A stretch of DNA of 64,000 nt from a virus (IMGVR_UViG_3300012956_000019:7375-71374), one strand, 5' to 3'; shown: positions 49,003-58,477, counted from the first letter of the stretch. Translations and numbers: made by a program. The notes: generated from the letters alone by a model not told the origin.

Positions 49003-49653
49003 TTATTGTAAATAATTTTCATCTGTAATTAAAGTGTATGTAAAAACATTGGCATACAACTCTTTGTGCACTCTGGCAAGCCCCATGAGTACATCAAAAT
49101 CTTTTATGTCTTGAATCACCTGGCATCCAGCACTATTCTTATCAATCCACTGTAATATTCTCCACTGGCTTGCTCTATGGATGTTAATACCAAACATGCC
49201 CCACTCTTTACCTTCCATTTCATACAACTCATCCTTGTCAGCATCTCTATAAACACACACATTCTTTAGTCTTTGGCACAAGGCTTCATATTTACCATTG
49301 TGCATATCTATCTTATATGTGTTTATGTATTGACCTTCAGCCAATATTGCTGTACCTTTTTTGTTAATTGGATTTAATAGGTATGATTTGCCTGGCTCAG
49401 TTGTGGCTGGAAATTGATATAACACAACATTTACACCATTTCCTAAGTCATAAACTGACCTTTTTTCATTGGAACTAAGTTGGCTTGGATTGTCTTTACT
49501 GTAATAAAAGACACATATTGTGTCATCAAATTTGTTAATTTCTTTACCAATATGCCTGATTCCAACAATATTAAGCCTGTTAAAATCATTATAAATGATG
49601 TATTTTTTGCTATTTAACACACTTATAAGTTTATTCAAATCAATATTCATCAT
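49003..49653 (-). CDS. YkuD/L,D-transpeptidase-like cysteine enzyme, putative endolysin
   Basis: GINIH-x14-SAGC motif; next to holin-like and spanin-like genes. Confidence 0.65.
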   Translation of the reverse strand: MMNIDLNKLISVLNSKKYIIYNDFNRLNIVGIRHIGKEINKFDDTICVFYYSKDNPSQLSSNEKRSVYDLGNGVNVVLYQFPATTEPGKSYLLNPINKKGTAILAEGQYINTYKIDMHNGKYEALCQRLKNVCVYRDADKDELYEMEGKEWGMFGINIHRASQWRILQWIDKNSAGCQVIQDIKDFDVLMGLARVHKELYANVFTYTLITDENYLQ

Positions 49654-49991
49654 TTTTTCTCTGTTTTTGGTGGTTCAATTCCATCAGTTCTTGGTAAATT
49701 ACCATCTCTGTTACTTGTTTTCAGTAAGTTCTTGACCTCTTGGTCATCCCAATCAGCACCATCCTTAACACCCATGGCAAAACTCAATATTGTTGTTGAA
49801 AATAAATCTTCAATTTTTTCCCATGTAGCCTTGCCCAATCTGGTTGTTCCAATATTGCTCAGCCACTTGCCAACAGCAAAACCATATGTGTGAAATTGGC
49901 CAGCCTTGACCATTGTAGCAATTAAAGATGTTACAATGCCTATAATTGCTGTTGTTCCTACACCAACCAACACATCTTTTAATACATCCAT
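49650..49991 (-). CDS. putative holin
   Basis: N-terminal TM LVGVGTTAIIGIVTSLIATMV, charged C-terminus, overlaps the endolysin start. Confidence 0.5.
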   Translation of the reverse strand: MDVLKDVLVGVGTTAIIGIVTSLIATMVKAGQFHTYGFAVGKWLSNIGTTRLGKATWEKIEDLFSTTILSFAMGVKDGADWDDQEVKNLLKTSNRDGNLPRTDGIEPPKTEKK

Positions 49992-50096
49992 GTTATATTC
50001 CTTAAAATAATAATAAAAGTTTCACACAATAATATAACACCACATCCAACTGTTAACAAATAACTATTTACAACAATCAATCCTTTTGAGAACACT

Positions 50097-50660
50097 TTAC
50101 TTTTTGACCTTCTTAGCAATATGTCTAATAACATCCAGCACTATTAAGCCAGCTATGACAGCACCAATAATTCCTAAGAATGTTTTGAATTCAAATTTAG
50201 GAACTGGTGTTGGTTTTATTACTACATTTGGCTTATTGGCATTGTTAATACTGTCCTGCTTTTCCAAATTCCATATTTCATCATTCAAGCTATGTATCAT
50301 TTCAAGATATTTTTTTGTCTCAGCAGAATTGATGTCACCTTGGTTCAATATTCTTTCCAGTTCCAAACTAATATCAGTGCAGTTGTTAATCATTGCTGTC
50401 CAAATCTTTTCTTCAACCAATTTCATTCCCTCAGGCAGTTTCTTTTCCAGATATATGATTGAATCTTTGCCTGGTGTGTACAAAGATATGATGCTGTCTA
50501 TGTAATTGTTGCCTGACTGGCTCAAACTATCTTTTATGTGTTGTAGCTGTTCATCATTGCTGGCATTATATGTGGTACAGCCAATTGCTCCATACAAAAT
50601 ACCTAATAAAAAAGCAATAATCCATGCCATCAACCATTCTCTTGTTGTTATTTTTCTCAT
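50097..50660 (-). CDS. putative unimolecular spanin (lipoprotein with C-terminal TM)
   Basis: Lipobox LYGAIG-C after hydrophobic N-terminus; C-terminal FLGIIGAVIAGLIVLDVI followed by basic tail. Confidence 0.65.
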   Translation of the reverse strand: MRKITTREWLMAWIIAFLLGILYGAIGCTTYNASNDEQLQHIKDSLSQSGNNYIDSIISLYTPGKDSIIYLEKKLPEGMKLVEEKIWTAMINNCTDISLELERILNQGDINSAETKKYLEMIHSLNDEIWNLEKQDSINNANKPNVVIKPTPVPKFEFKTFLGIIGAVIAGLIVLDVIRHIAKKVKK

Positions 50661-50672
50661 TTTAAGTTCCTT

Positions 50673-50918
50673 TTATACAGTTATGTATGTCAAATGAATG
50701 TAACCTTTTTTCATCTTAATCAGCTCACCCTTCAGGAACTTGTCCAACTTATCCAAGTCAGCTTGGCTTATTTTGCCCACAATTGGAACATTTATTTCCA
50801 TAACTTTGTACAAATCCATCTTAGATAAAACACTTTTTATGTGCTTTTTTCTTTCTTTCCAGCATCTCTCACAATTTTCTGGTGGTGCATTGAACTTTAT
50901 AATTGGTTGTTGTTTCAT
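50673..50918 (-). CDS. hypothetical protein
   Basis: 81 aa with CERC motif; AAAGGAACT RBS. Confidence 0.55.
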   Translation of the reverse strand: MKQQPIIKFNAPPENCERCWKERKKHIKSVLSKMDLYKVMEINVPIVGKISQADLDKLDKFLKGELIKMKKGYIHLTYITV

Positions 50919-51217
50919 TTTGGCAGTTCCTTTATGTTTAATTTTGAAAATGTATAATCTATTTTGTTGTAAATTCTTTCTAATATCCTATTGGCCAGAA
51001 ACTTAACAGCCTCATCAAAATCACTTGTCTTAAAAACAAGCACACTGAAATCATCCCTATTTAATATGATTGAATTGGTGTCTTTGAAAAAATAGCCACA
51101 ACCCTTTTTTACCAAATCACTATCTATAACACCAATGCCTCTCATTCCAAAGTATTGTACTGTCAATTGGTTTCCATTTAACTTAACACTGTCCATGAAT
51201 CTTAATATCTCCATCAC
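50915..51217 (-). CDS. hypothetical protein
   Basis: 100 aa; overlapping neighbours on both sides. Confidence 0.6.
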   Translation of the reverse strand: MMEILRFMDSVKLNGNQLTVQYFGMRGIGVIDSDLVKKGCGYFFKDTNSIILNRDDFSVLVFKTSDFDEAVKFLANRILERIYNKIDYTFSKLNIKELPK

Positions 51218-52116
51218 TCACCCACACCAAATGCTCTTTCCACAAACCAACTCAAATCAAACTCCACACTGAAATAGTAAAATGGCTTGCCATACTTTGC
51301 CCAGCCTCTATAAATAGTTGCCATTGTGTTCTTAACCACAAAATGATGGGCATAAGCAATCAACCAACTGCCATAGAACTTTTCCAAATCCTTATATGCC
51401 AGCCTATCAAACACATCATTCAATTCCCTGCCTATTTTATTTGGGTGATGGAACTTAAAAAATTGGTCACCAGATGTATTCATTGTTAAATAGTTTTGAA
51501 GCCAGCCATCACTGTCCAATGTTGGATACATATATCCAAATGCATGGCTTTCTAACACACCCAAACCAATACCACTAACAGTTGAGTACACACTGCCCAA
51601 TATAATATCCTTGCTATGGTAAACACGAACCTCATCATACACCAATTTGTATTTCTCATACAATGCCTCAAGTTCTAATGGTGTCTTGATGTTACTGTAC
51701 CACACTCCATTGCTGTCTTTGTCCAACATTCCTTCACTAATTAACATTTCACTAATAATTCCAACACTTTCTTTCCATTCTCTTTGACTCATTGTCTGCC
51801 CAACCACACTTAACTGTGTACAGAATATGAGCAATATCAATATGCTATATAACTTGTGCCCAAACTGCCTATGGAATGGTGGATAAATTGTTTTGTCAAG
51901 CATGAATGGTGTTTCAGCTTCCACTGCCATTGGTACTGGTGTCTGTGTTTTTAGCCTTAACCAAACTACACCAGTAAACATTACAATAATTCTTTCCCAA
52001 ATTGATAACTTCCAGCAACTTATGTATTGCTCATCATCTCTATATGCATACATATCAGACACAGGTGGTTTGCCTAACAATTTCACATTAACTTGCTTAA
52101 ATTGTATTGGTTTCAT
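51214..52116 (-). CDS. hypothetical protein, two-part with central hydrophobic segment
   Basis: N-terminal MKPIQF...SCWKLSIWERI...FTGVVWL phage-type domain; LYSILILLIFCTQLSVVG segment. Confidence 0.65.
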   Translation of the reverse strand: MKPIQFKQVNVKLLGKPPVSDMYAYRDDEQYISCWKLSIWERIIVMFTGVVWLRLKTQTPVPMAVEAETPFMLDKTIYPPFHRQFGHKLYSILILLIFCTQLSVVGQTMSQREWKESVGIISEMLISEGMLDKDSNGVWYSNIKTPLELEALYEKYKLVYDEVRVYHSKDIILGSVYSTVSGIGLGVLESHAFGYMYPTLDSDGWLQNYLTMNTSGDQFFKFHHPNKIGRELNDVFDRLAYKDLEKFYGSWLIAYAHHFVVKNTMATIYRGWAKYGKPFYYFSVEFDLSWFVERAFGVGE

Positions 52117-52130
52117 ATCACTAAATCCTT

Positions 52131-52589
52131 TTAATTGTTTCCAACAACTTCAATTGTCTTTTCTAATGTTACCACACCATCATTTCTTGTCACAAATTGG
52201 AATGGTGTATTCAAAGGGAACACTGCCATCTGTTCAAATAACACCATACTGTATCTCATATTGTCAAACACCACTACTTTCTGTCTTGGATTGATTTTGA
52301 TTTGGAACTTATCTAATGTATATATCAATCTGTCCCAATCATAATGTGTTATAATGGCTGTTCTGATAGCTTTGTAAACTTCTTTCAACAACTTTAACAA
52401 TTTGTACCTCTTAATAACCTGCCACCACTTCAAGTCAACCAAAATATTTATAATTCCATAAACATCTTCATCCAAACTGACCACATCAATAAAATTATTT
52501 CCATCACCACTCAACCAACTGTAACTGATGCCATGTTTCTTCAATTGTTTACCTAACAAATCCATTCTCTCATCAAAATCCTTCATCAC
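52131..52589 (-). CDS. hypothetical protein
   Basis: 152 aa; AAGGAACT RBS. Confidence 0.65.
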   Translation of the reverse strand: MMKDFDERMDLLGKQLKKHGISYSWLSGDGNNFIDVVSLDEDVYGIINILVDLKWWQVIKRYKLLKLLKEVYKAIRTAIITHYDWDRLIYTLDKFQIKINPRQKVVVFDNMRYSMVLFEQMAVFPLNTPFQFVTRNDGVVTLEKTIEVVGNN

Positions 52590-52686
52590 TTTAGTTCCTT
52601 ATGTTTAATTTTTACTGTTGTATTAAAATCTCTCACAAGCTGAAACAGAACAGTTAAGATTTTGTTTCAATACTTGCCCAACTAAT

Positions 52687-52857
52687 TTAATCTTCAATCA
52701 ATGATTCTGTTTTGACTGTAGATGTAATTGTAATCTTTTTGAGCTTGTAATTTCTAATAATGTAAACAGCTATTTTTTCCATCATCTGCTCAAATGTTTT
52801 ACAACCAGCAACTGAATCTTTCAAATCATTCACTATGTCATTCTTAGTTTTGGCCAT
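52687..52857 (-). CDS. small hypothetical protein (56 aa)
   Basis: Manually translated MAKTKNDIVNDLKDSVAGCK...; AAAGGA RBS. Confidence 0.55.
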   Translation of the reverse strand: MAKTKNDIVNDLKDSVAGCKTFEQMMEKIAVYIIRNYKLKKITITSTVKTESLIED

Positions 52858-52889
52858 TTTGTATTTTTCCTTTTATTTTCATTAAATTA

Positions 52890-53460
52890 AATCTGCCAAC
52901 AGGACAACTGATGCTCTGTGCTGGCATTTGGTATTTGACTGTTTGATATTATTCCCTTATATTGTCCAGTTGTCCAGCTGGTGGAAACTGAAATGTTGTT
53001 GTGAAAATGTATGTGTGTCAGAAGAGCACATTGCCCAACCCCTGGTGCCACCATTGGCCACAAAATGCCACCACCCCCACCAATTGGCCAGCAATTCCCA
53101 CTTTTGCACAGTCTAATGTGACAGATGTTGTCCAGATGTTGTGGCATGGTTACACTTGATACACTTGACACAGATGTTGTCCGATCTTTGCAATAAATAA
53201 ATTCCTTGCTCATATAGGTAAAAACACACTGAACTGTTGATAATCCAACTGTTATGGCAAGCGTATGGTGTATGTCATCTGGGTATTGTGGTGGTGAAAT
53301 GGCGTGGCAACCTGGCAATGTGTCAATGGCACACACACAATGCAACCACCATGGCATTACTTCAACACCAACTCCATCACCACTTTCTTTCCTTACAACA
53401 GGCATTCCCAACACAGTACAGCCACCATTCCAAGTGACTATTTCATTAAATTCTTTCATC
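52890..53460 (-). ncRNA. candidate structured non-coding RNA / long hairpin element
   Basis: About 45% GC island with nested inverted repeats (53008-53020/53327-53339, 53027-53035/53314-53322, 53046-53055/53298-53309, 53092-53100/53280-53288); strand assumed from flanking genes. Confidence 0.4.
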
Positions 53461-53677
53461 ATCTTCTGTTCCTCACTGGCAACTCCATACATTCCCAAGT
53501 GATATTATTAACAATAACACTATCATTACACACATTCTGTTCTACACTGACACATTTACTTAGTGATACTATACATAACAATAAGATAAACAACTTAATA
53601 GTTACATTTAGTTCTATATGTTTCTTACGTACAAATGTATTTATCTTAGTTCTCAATCTTTTCTTTCTGTCCTTCAT
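53459..53677 (-). CDS. small membrane or exported protein
   Basis: Basic N-terminus plus LFILLLCIVSLSKC. Confidence 0.4.
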   Translation of the reverse strand: MKDRKKRLRTKINTFVRKKHIELNVTIKLFILLLCIVSLSKCVSVEQNVCNDSVIVNNITWECMELPVRNRR

Positions 53678-53721
53678 CCTACACCATATTGGTTGTTGTT
53701 CTTAGGATTTATTTAATTGTA

Positions 53722-54039
53722 TCAAATCTTTTGGGTGATGATAGGTTGATTACACTTGATGTCCAGTACAGTATTGTCCACCATATGTAGAGTCAGATGT
53801 AAGTCAACAACTGGGTTGGTGTACAATAAATCTCTTGTTAAGCTACTGACTGAACTGAATTGTGTATCAATGACTGTAAAGTGTTTATTAACATTTAGTG
53901 TTACTGATGCATAATTGCCTTTAATAAGTGTACAAAGTTCCTTTTGTTCTTTTAATGTTAATCGTTTATCAATATCAACTTTATTAAACAACTGTTGTAA
54001 TCTTTTATGGTTGTATTTATTACTTAATTTTAATGGCAT
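53722..54039 (-). CDS. hypothetical protein
   Basis: 105 aa; GAGG RBS. Confidence 0.6.
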   Translation of the reverse strand: MPLKLSNKYNHKRLQQLFNKVDIDKRLTLKEQKELCTLIKGNYASVTLNVNKHFTVIDTQFSSVSSLTRDLLYTNPVVDLHLTLHMVDNTVLDIKCNQPIITQKI

Positions 54040-54043
54040 GTTT

Positions 54044-54340
54044 TTAATCCTCAGTGAATATGTTCATGTGTTCAATATAGATTGTTATTGCTGTATTTTG
54101 TAAGCTGAAATAACTTTGTACAGGTGTTGTGTTAGTTAGTTCCTTTGACCTTCTTAATATCTCAGTATGATTTACACCATCTTGTTTTAGTGTTACAGCA
54201 ACTGTATATGTATCTGTCAGGTGGATCTGCTTTACATATTCTGATTTACTAAAATGTTCTATTAAATCAGCCAACACCTTTTGTCTTTCCTCAAATAACT
54301 TTATGCTGTCTTGTAGTGTCATCTTATAAAAATTGTACAT
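54044..54340 (-). CDS. hypothetical protein
   Basis: 98 aa; AAGGGA RBS. Confidence 0.6.
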   Translation of the reverse strand: MYNFYKMTLQDSIKLFEERQKVLADLIEHFSKSEYVKQIHLTDTYTVAVTLKQDGVNHTEILRRSKELTNTTPVQSYFSLQNTAITIYIEHMNIFTED

Positions 54341-54352
54341 ACATTTGTTCCC

Positions 54353-55165
54353 TTATATTGATTCAATTTCTGCCTTAAATAATTCAGTGGGCATATAATT
54401 ATCAGACAAATCATTTAATACATCTATTGATTGTTTAGGTGTTAAAAACATGGCATTCTTTTTTATCTTAGTTAAACAGTCAAGTGTAACAACATCACCA
54501 ACTGGTCTTTTCTTCAGCCAATAATAACAGGCATCTTTGTATTGTACTGCTATACAATTATAAAACTGTTCTGGCTTGGTATCATCTACATCTTTCTTTT
54601 CCAAGTGTACAACAGTGTAACTTCTTATAATGTAATTTTTATCTGATTTAATTAAAGTGTCCAACATCTGTTTAGCTTCATATGTTTCTTCAGGTGTTCT
54701 GAATATCAGTGCTTTCGATCTTTGTATTGTAAGATTTATGTCATATGTGAATGTTAAGCCATCTGTCAGTTGTTTCAACCAAAACTTATTTTCATCCTTG
54801 TTTGTTATCTCTATGATATCACCATTGTAATGGACAGCTGGCTTATTATCTAAGTTTTGTTTCACCAACTGTGCTATGGTCTCATTGTTATTAGCTATGT
54901 CTGTGAGCTTATCAATGATGAGCCAAATGTTATATTCACTTGCTTTCTCCCATCTGTTGTGTAGTGTCACTTCATCTTTCCTAACATCTGCTAATTGCTT
55001 TGCTGTATTTATTCTTTTGGTCAGGATATTTTTCAATTCACCTGAATATGATTCTATAACTTCCAACACCTCAACAAGCCTCTGATCAGCTAATTCATCA
55101 AGTGTTATCTGTTTAATAGCTTTTGTTATGTTTTCTATATGGTGTATTTGTTTCTCTACAGTCAT
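54353..55165 (-). CDS. hypothetical protein with two similar C-terminal modules
   Basis: FWLK...ALIFRTPEE and YWLK...AMFLTPKQ repeats; similar AHIFTPTE in 55345..55617. Confidence 0.7.
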   Translation of the reverse strand: MTVEKQIHHIENITKAIKQITLDELADQRLVEVLEVIESYSGELKNILTKRINTAKQLADVRKDEVTLHNRWEKASEYNIWLIIDKLTDIANNNETIAQLVKQNLDNKPAVHYNGDIIEITNKDENKFWLKQLTDGLTFTYDINLTIQRSKALIFRTPEETYEAKQMLDTLIKSDKNYIIRSYTVVHLEKKDVDDTKPEQFYNCIAVQYKDACYYWLKKRPVGDVVTLDCLTKIKKNAMFLTPKQSIDVLNDLSDNYMPTELFKAEIESI

Positions 55166-55187
55166 GATTGTTTTATCCTTGTTTTAG

Positions 55188-55347
55188 TTATGTGCATAAA
55201 ATTAGCATAAAAAACATTTGATGTAACATTGGTGCATAAATTTACATTAAAATCTGTATTATCACTACAATACTGTCTTTTTAGCAAGAAATTATGCATG
55301 TTTACTACACCAACTGATTTTTAACATAAATTTATGCACCAATGTTA
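55188..55347. repeat. palindromic intergenic element, copy 1
   Basis: Perfect 20-bp inverted repeat TAACATTGGTGCATAAATTT (55224-55243 / 55328-55347); direct repeat of 56397-56553. Confidence 0.9.
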
Positions 55348-55617
55348 TCCTATTTTGATCTTATCTATAACAACATCAAGTGTATTAACATTATCAACAA
55401 TATTTATTATTTCAACCGATCTAACAATTGAATCTTGATTCAATATGATATTAGCTGTGTTCATAGCTTTTAATGTTTCAGTTGGTGTAAATATATGTGC
55501 TTTGTTTTTATATTCACTAAATGTTATTTCATTTCCATCACTTGATATTCCATCAAAATACTTAGGAATGATGCTACCAATAAATGACACTGATAATATT
55601 TTACTCTTTGTGGCCAT
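55345..55617 (-). CDS. hypothetical protein
   Basis: Start MATKSK after AAGGATAAC RBS; stop overlaps the palindromic element. Confidence 0.6.
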   Translation of the reverse strand: MATKSKILSVSFIGSIIPKYFDGISSDGNEITFSEYKNKAHIFTPTETLKAMNTANIILNQDSIVRSVEIINIVDNVNTLDVVIDKIKIG

Positions 55618-55621
55618 CTTG

Positions 55622-55825
55622 TTATCCTTGTTTGGTCTTGTCTTCTTTAACACCTAATAATGTATTCAACCGATCTTCATCAGTTGTACTAAGTTTCTTT
55701 GTTTGTATCATCCTGCTAACTATCTTGATGAATTCCTTTTCATTCTTGACTCTTTTTTTAACCAGTTGCATAATTTCTACATATTTATTGTATTTTGCTA
55801 CTGTTAATTGTGAATTTACTTCCAT
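55622..55825 (-). CDS. hypothetical protein
   Basis: 67 aa ORF. Confidence 0.55.
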   Translation of the reverse strand: MEVNSQLTVAKYNKYVEIMQLVKKRVKNEKEFIKIVSRMIQTKKLSTTDEDRLNTLLGVKEDKTKQG

Positions 55826-55931
55826 TTATGTCTTTCAATGTTTTGAAAATGTTTTCTATGATAAATTTATGCACATAAGTAACATATGACACAACATTTA
55901 TAACATAGCTTGTTTTTTAAGGTTTCAAATA

Positions 55932-56141
55932 TCATATGTTTACACCATTGTGTATAAAATAGGTAATGAAAGCAACATCAATTGCCACCATAAATGCCCA
56001 TAGTGCCATGTACTTTCTCATCTGTCTAATCTCTACACATTTGTATTGATAAATGAAAAGAAGTATGCCTGATGGCACAATTATAGCAATAGTTGCTACC
56101 AAACCAATAATGATAATTGTTATCAATTCAGGATTTACCAT
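55932..56141 (-). CDS. small two-TM membrane protein
   Basis: Two hydrophobic stretches. Confidence 0.55.
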   Translation of the reverse strand: MVNPELITIIIIGLVATIAIIVPSGILLFIYQYKCVEIRQMRKYMALWAFMVAIDVAFITYFIHNGVNI

Positions 56142-56374
56142 GGCACTGTTATCCTTATGCTATATTTGTTTGCTTTGATTCCATCTTCAAATTCATACTT
56201 TCCTGTCACATCTGATTTATTTCTTTCAACCATATTATTTACCAAGTCAAAAGCATCTGTCTGTTGTGTACAACTGGTTATTAGTCTGTATCTAACTTGT
56301 TCTGTTACAGTTCCTTTATTTACATCATTGCCTTCATATGTTGTAAATATTATTTCAGCCAAATATACTTTCAT
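56135..56374 (-). CDS. hypothetical protein
   Basis: 79 aa; AAGGGA RBS. Confidence 0.6.
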   Translation of the reverse strand: MKVYLAEIIFTTYEGNDVNKGTVTEQVRYRLITSCTQQTDAFDLVNNMVERNKSDVTGKYEFEDGIKANKYSIRITVPW

Positions 56375-56396
56375 CTGTTCCCTTCTAATGTTTCAA

Positions 56397-56553
56397 TTAT
56401 GTGCATAAATTTAGCATAAAAAACATTTGGTGTAACATTGGTGCATAAATTTACATTAAAATCTGTATATTGATTACAATACTGTCTTTTTGACAAGAAA
56501 TTATGCATGTTTACTACACCAATTGATTTTTAACATAAATTTATGCAATGTTA
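56397..56553. repeat. palindromic intergenic element, copy 2
   Basis: Near-identical to 55188-55347; right arm overlaps the last codons of 56541..56864. Confidence 0.9.
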
Positions 56554-56864
56554 TGCACCACTTTGTTTATTCTTAACTTATCTACACTGTGAACATCCAT
56601 CTTTCCAGATGTCTTAATGTTATTCCAATGTAGTTCTATTTCATCTGGTGACAAATTAAATCTTTTCCAAAAACTTTTTTTCTTGTGATTCTTAAAACAA
56701 ATTTCACCACTGATAACAATTCCATTGTGTATTATCAATACTATATTCATCTGTGAAGTGCTAAGTGGTGCATAGGTTATCATAACACTATATTTAACAT
56801 TGCCATCATCACCTGTTCCAATAGCATTAACAGACAAATCTTTTATTTTATCCTTTTGGTACAT
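56541..56864 (-). CDS. hypothetical protein
   Basis: 107 aa ORF. Confidence 0.6.
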   Translation of the reverse strand: MYQKDKIKDLSVNAIGTGDDGNVKYSVMITYAPLSTSQMNIVLIIHNGIVISGEICFKNHKKKSFWKRFNLSPDEIELHWNNIKTSGKMDVHSVDKLRINKVVHNIA

Positions 56865-56952
56865 ATCTAATCAGTTGAATGACATTTATAAAAATAATTA
56901 CAGTAATAATAGCCATAATAATAATAACACCATAAAATATTATTTTCTTCAT
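56848..56952 (-). CDS. small membrane peptide (34 aa)
   Basis: Manually translated MKKIIFYGVIIIMAIITVIIFINVIQL...; GAGG upstream. Confidence 0.45.
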   Translation of the reverse strand: MKKIIFYGVIIIMAIITVIIFINVIQLIRYVPKG

Positions 56953-57013
56953 CTCAAGCCTCTCTTTTGATGAATTATATTTTTTGAAATAGTTTAACGC
57001 ACAGCACACTTAA

Positions 57014-57205
57014 TTACATATCAACATCATCTTCTGGTTCATCTTGGTGACTCATATCAGATTCAATTGATGTGATATAATCTCTACAAGTATCAATGAT
57101 TTCACCCAAGCTATCTATGGTTGTTTGTTGGCCAACAGATGTGTCTCCAAATACCTTTTCAACAACTTCCAGTGCATTCTTTTTTATCAATTCATGTTCA
57201 GTCAT
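57014..57205 (-). CDS. hypothetical protein
   Basis: Start MTEHELIKK after AAAGGAACT RBS. Confidence 0.6.
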   Translation of the reverse strand: MTEHELIKKNALEVVEKVFGDTSVGQQTTIDSLGEIIDTCRDYITSIESDMSHQDEPEDDVDM

Positions 57206-57218
57206 ATTAGTTCCTTTT

Positions 57219-57434
57219 TTAATCTTGTCCAAGTGCTTCTGAGCTAAATGGATGCTCACTATCATGAACAACATCCTGTTCATATTGTTTTTTACAGACT
57301 ATACAATACACAGCTATAAATCTGCCACTGTTACTTAATTTGAAAATAACATCATCACCTTTTTTTATCTTATCTTTACAGTCAGTGCACCATACTCTAT
57401 CTGTTCTGGCTGTTGATTCAACATACTTACTCAT
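57219..57434 (-). CDS. zinc-finger protein (PARP-zf-like)
   Basis: ARTDRVWCTDCKDKIKKGD...YCIVC. Confidence 0.6.
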   Translation of the reverse strand: MSKYVESTARTDRVWCTDCKDKIKKGDDVIFKLSNSGRFIAVYCIVCKKQYEQDVVHDSEHPFSSEALGQD

Positions 57435-57886
57435 TTAACACCATTATTAAGTACAGCAGGTGATATTCTCCATCTGTTAGTTCCTTTATTGTACCAAATA
57501 CATCCTGCTTTAACAAGTTGTTTAAGGATATAATCAGCCCTTTTTTCCATATTCTTTTTAAGTTTTACATCACCATCACTGTAATCTATATTTTTATAAG
57601 TGATTTGGTGTGTACACATAAATCCTTGATCAATATATTCTTTCTGATATGCCCAAAAACACTTACCACAATCCTTTTTAACAGATAAACAGACACTACA
57701 TTTTTGATTGTCATTAAATCCTGTTAAATTTCTAAGTTTGGATGATGTCTTCCAGTTGTCTTTCTGTCTCTTGGTGTTATTAAGTGTTTCTACTGTTATT
57801 GTTTTGTACTGAAGTGCCAGCCACAGAAGTGCTTTAATATTATTTTTTGAAATCTTACTTTTCAATTCATACATTTTCATAAACAT
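57431..57886 (-). CDS. Cys-rich hypothetical protein
   Basis: CSVC...CGKC...C motifs. Confidence 0.6.
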   Translation of the reverse strand: MFMKMYELKSKISKNNIKALLWLALQYKTITVETLNNTKRQKDNWKTSSKLRNLTGFNDNQKCSVCLSVKKDCGKCFWAYQKEYIDQGFMCTHQITYKNIDYSDGDVKLKKNMEKRADYILKQLVKAGCIWYNKGTNRWRISPAVLNNGVK

Positions 57887-57920
57887 TGCCTGTTTTTATC
57901 CTAATATACAACACATTGCA

Positions 57921-58118
57921 TCAACTATTTTTATATTTTTCAATAAGTTCCTTGTACAATTCATGTTCCTTAGTTCCTAACTCAATGACATGTATGTCAC
58001 CAAACAGCTTCTTTTTACACTTCTTACAAAAAATAATGGCACCAACTTTTATCATCTGATGTTCTACAGTTGTACAATTAAAACACTGTGGTGATTCTAT
58101 TTCATATATTTGTATCAT
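57921..58118 (-). CDS. small zinc-ribbon protein
   Basis: CFNC...FCKKC. Confidence 0.55.
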   Translation of the reverse strand: MIQIYEIESPQCFNCTTVEHQMIKVGAIIFCKKCKKKLFGDIHVIELGTKEHELYKELIEKYKNS

Positions 58119-58477
58119 TCTTCAACCCAATCATTAATTGTTAACAAAGTATTATTTTTTAATGTATCCCTGCTTATTTGTTCAACTAAATAAGCCATCT
58201 GTTGTTTAGTTAAAATGAATGCCTGAAATTTATATTCAAATTGAGCATTGCCATGTGGTATTATTTTGAAAAAACTTTCCTTGTCTTTTCTTTCCATCAG
58301 ATTATCAGACAACTGATAAATCAATTCTGATTTAATCCTTTTATCAATATCTATGGAAACACTTTCAAGTTCTATCTTATTAACAAAGTGACTATATTTG
58401 TATTTTGTGTTATCCATTATTAAATTAGCTGTAGATGAAATTGAATTATATCTTACTGCTTTGACTTTATCTGACAT
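58115..58477 (-). CDS. hypothetical protein
   Basis: Likely start MSDKVKAV; ATGA overlap with the next gene. Confidence 0.6.
   Translation of the reverse strand: MSDKVKAVRYNSISSTANLIMDNTKYKYSHFVNKIELESVSIDIDKRIKSELIYQLSDNLMERKDKESFFKIIPHGNAQFEYKFQAFILTKQQMAYLVEQISRDTLKNNTLLTINDWVEE

Noticed and set aside
52979-52985. TCCACCA on the minus strand as a tmRNA or tRNA 3' end
   Set aside because: No T-arm upstream and no matching acceptor-stem 5' end.
52887-53498. 203-aa ORF as a real protein
   Set aside because: Cys/Trp/His/Gly-rich composition unlike other genes, no motif, and it coincides with the hairpin arms. Not excluded, since the first 50 or so codons look protein-like.
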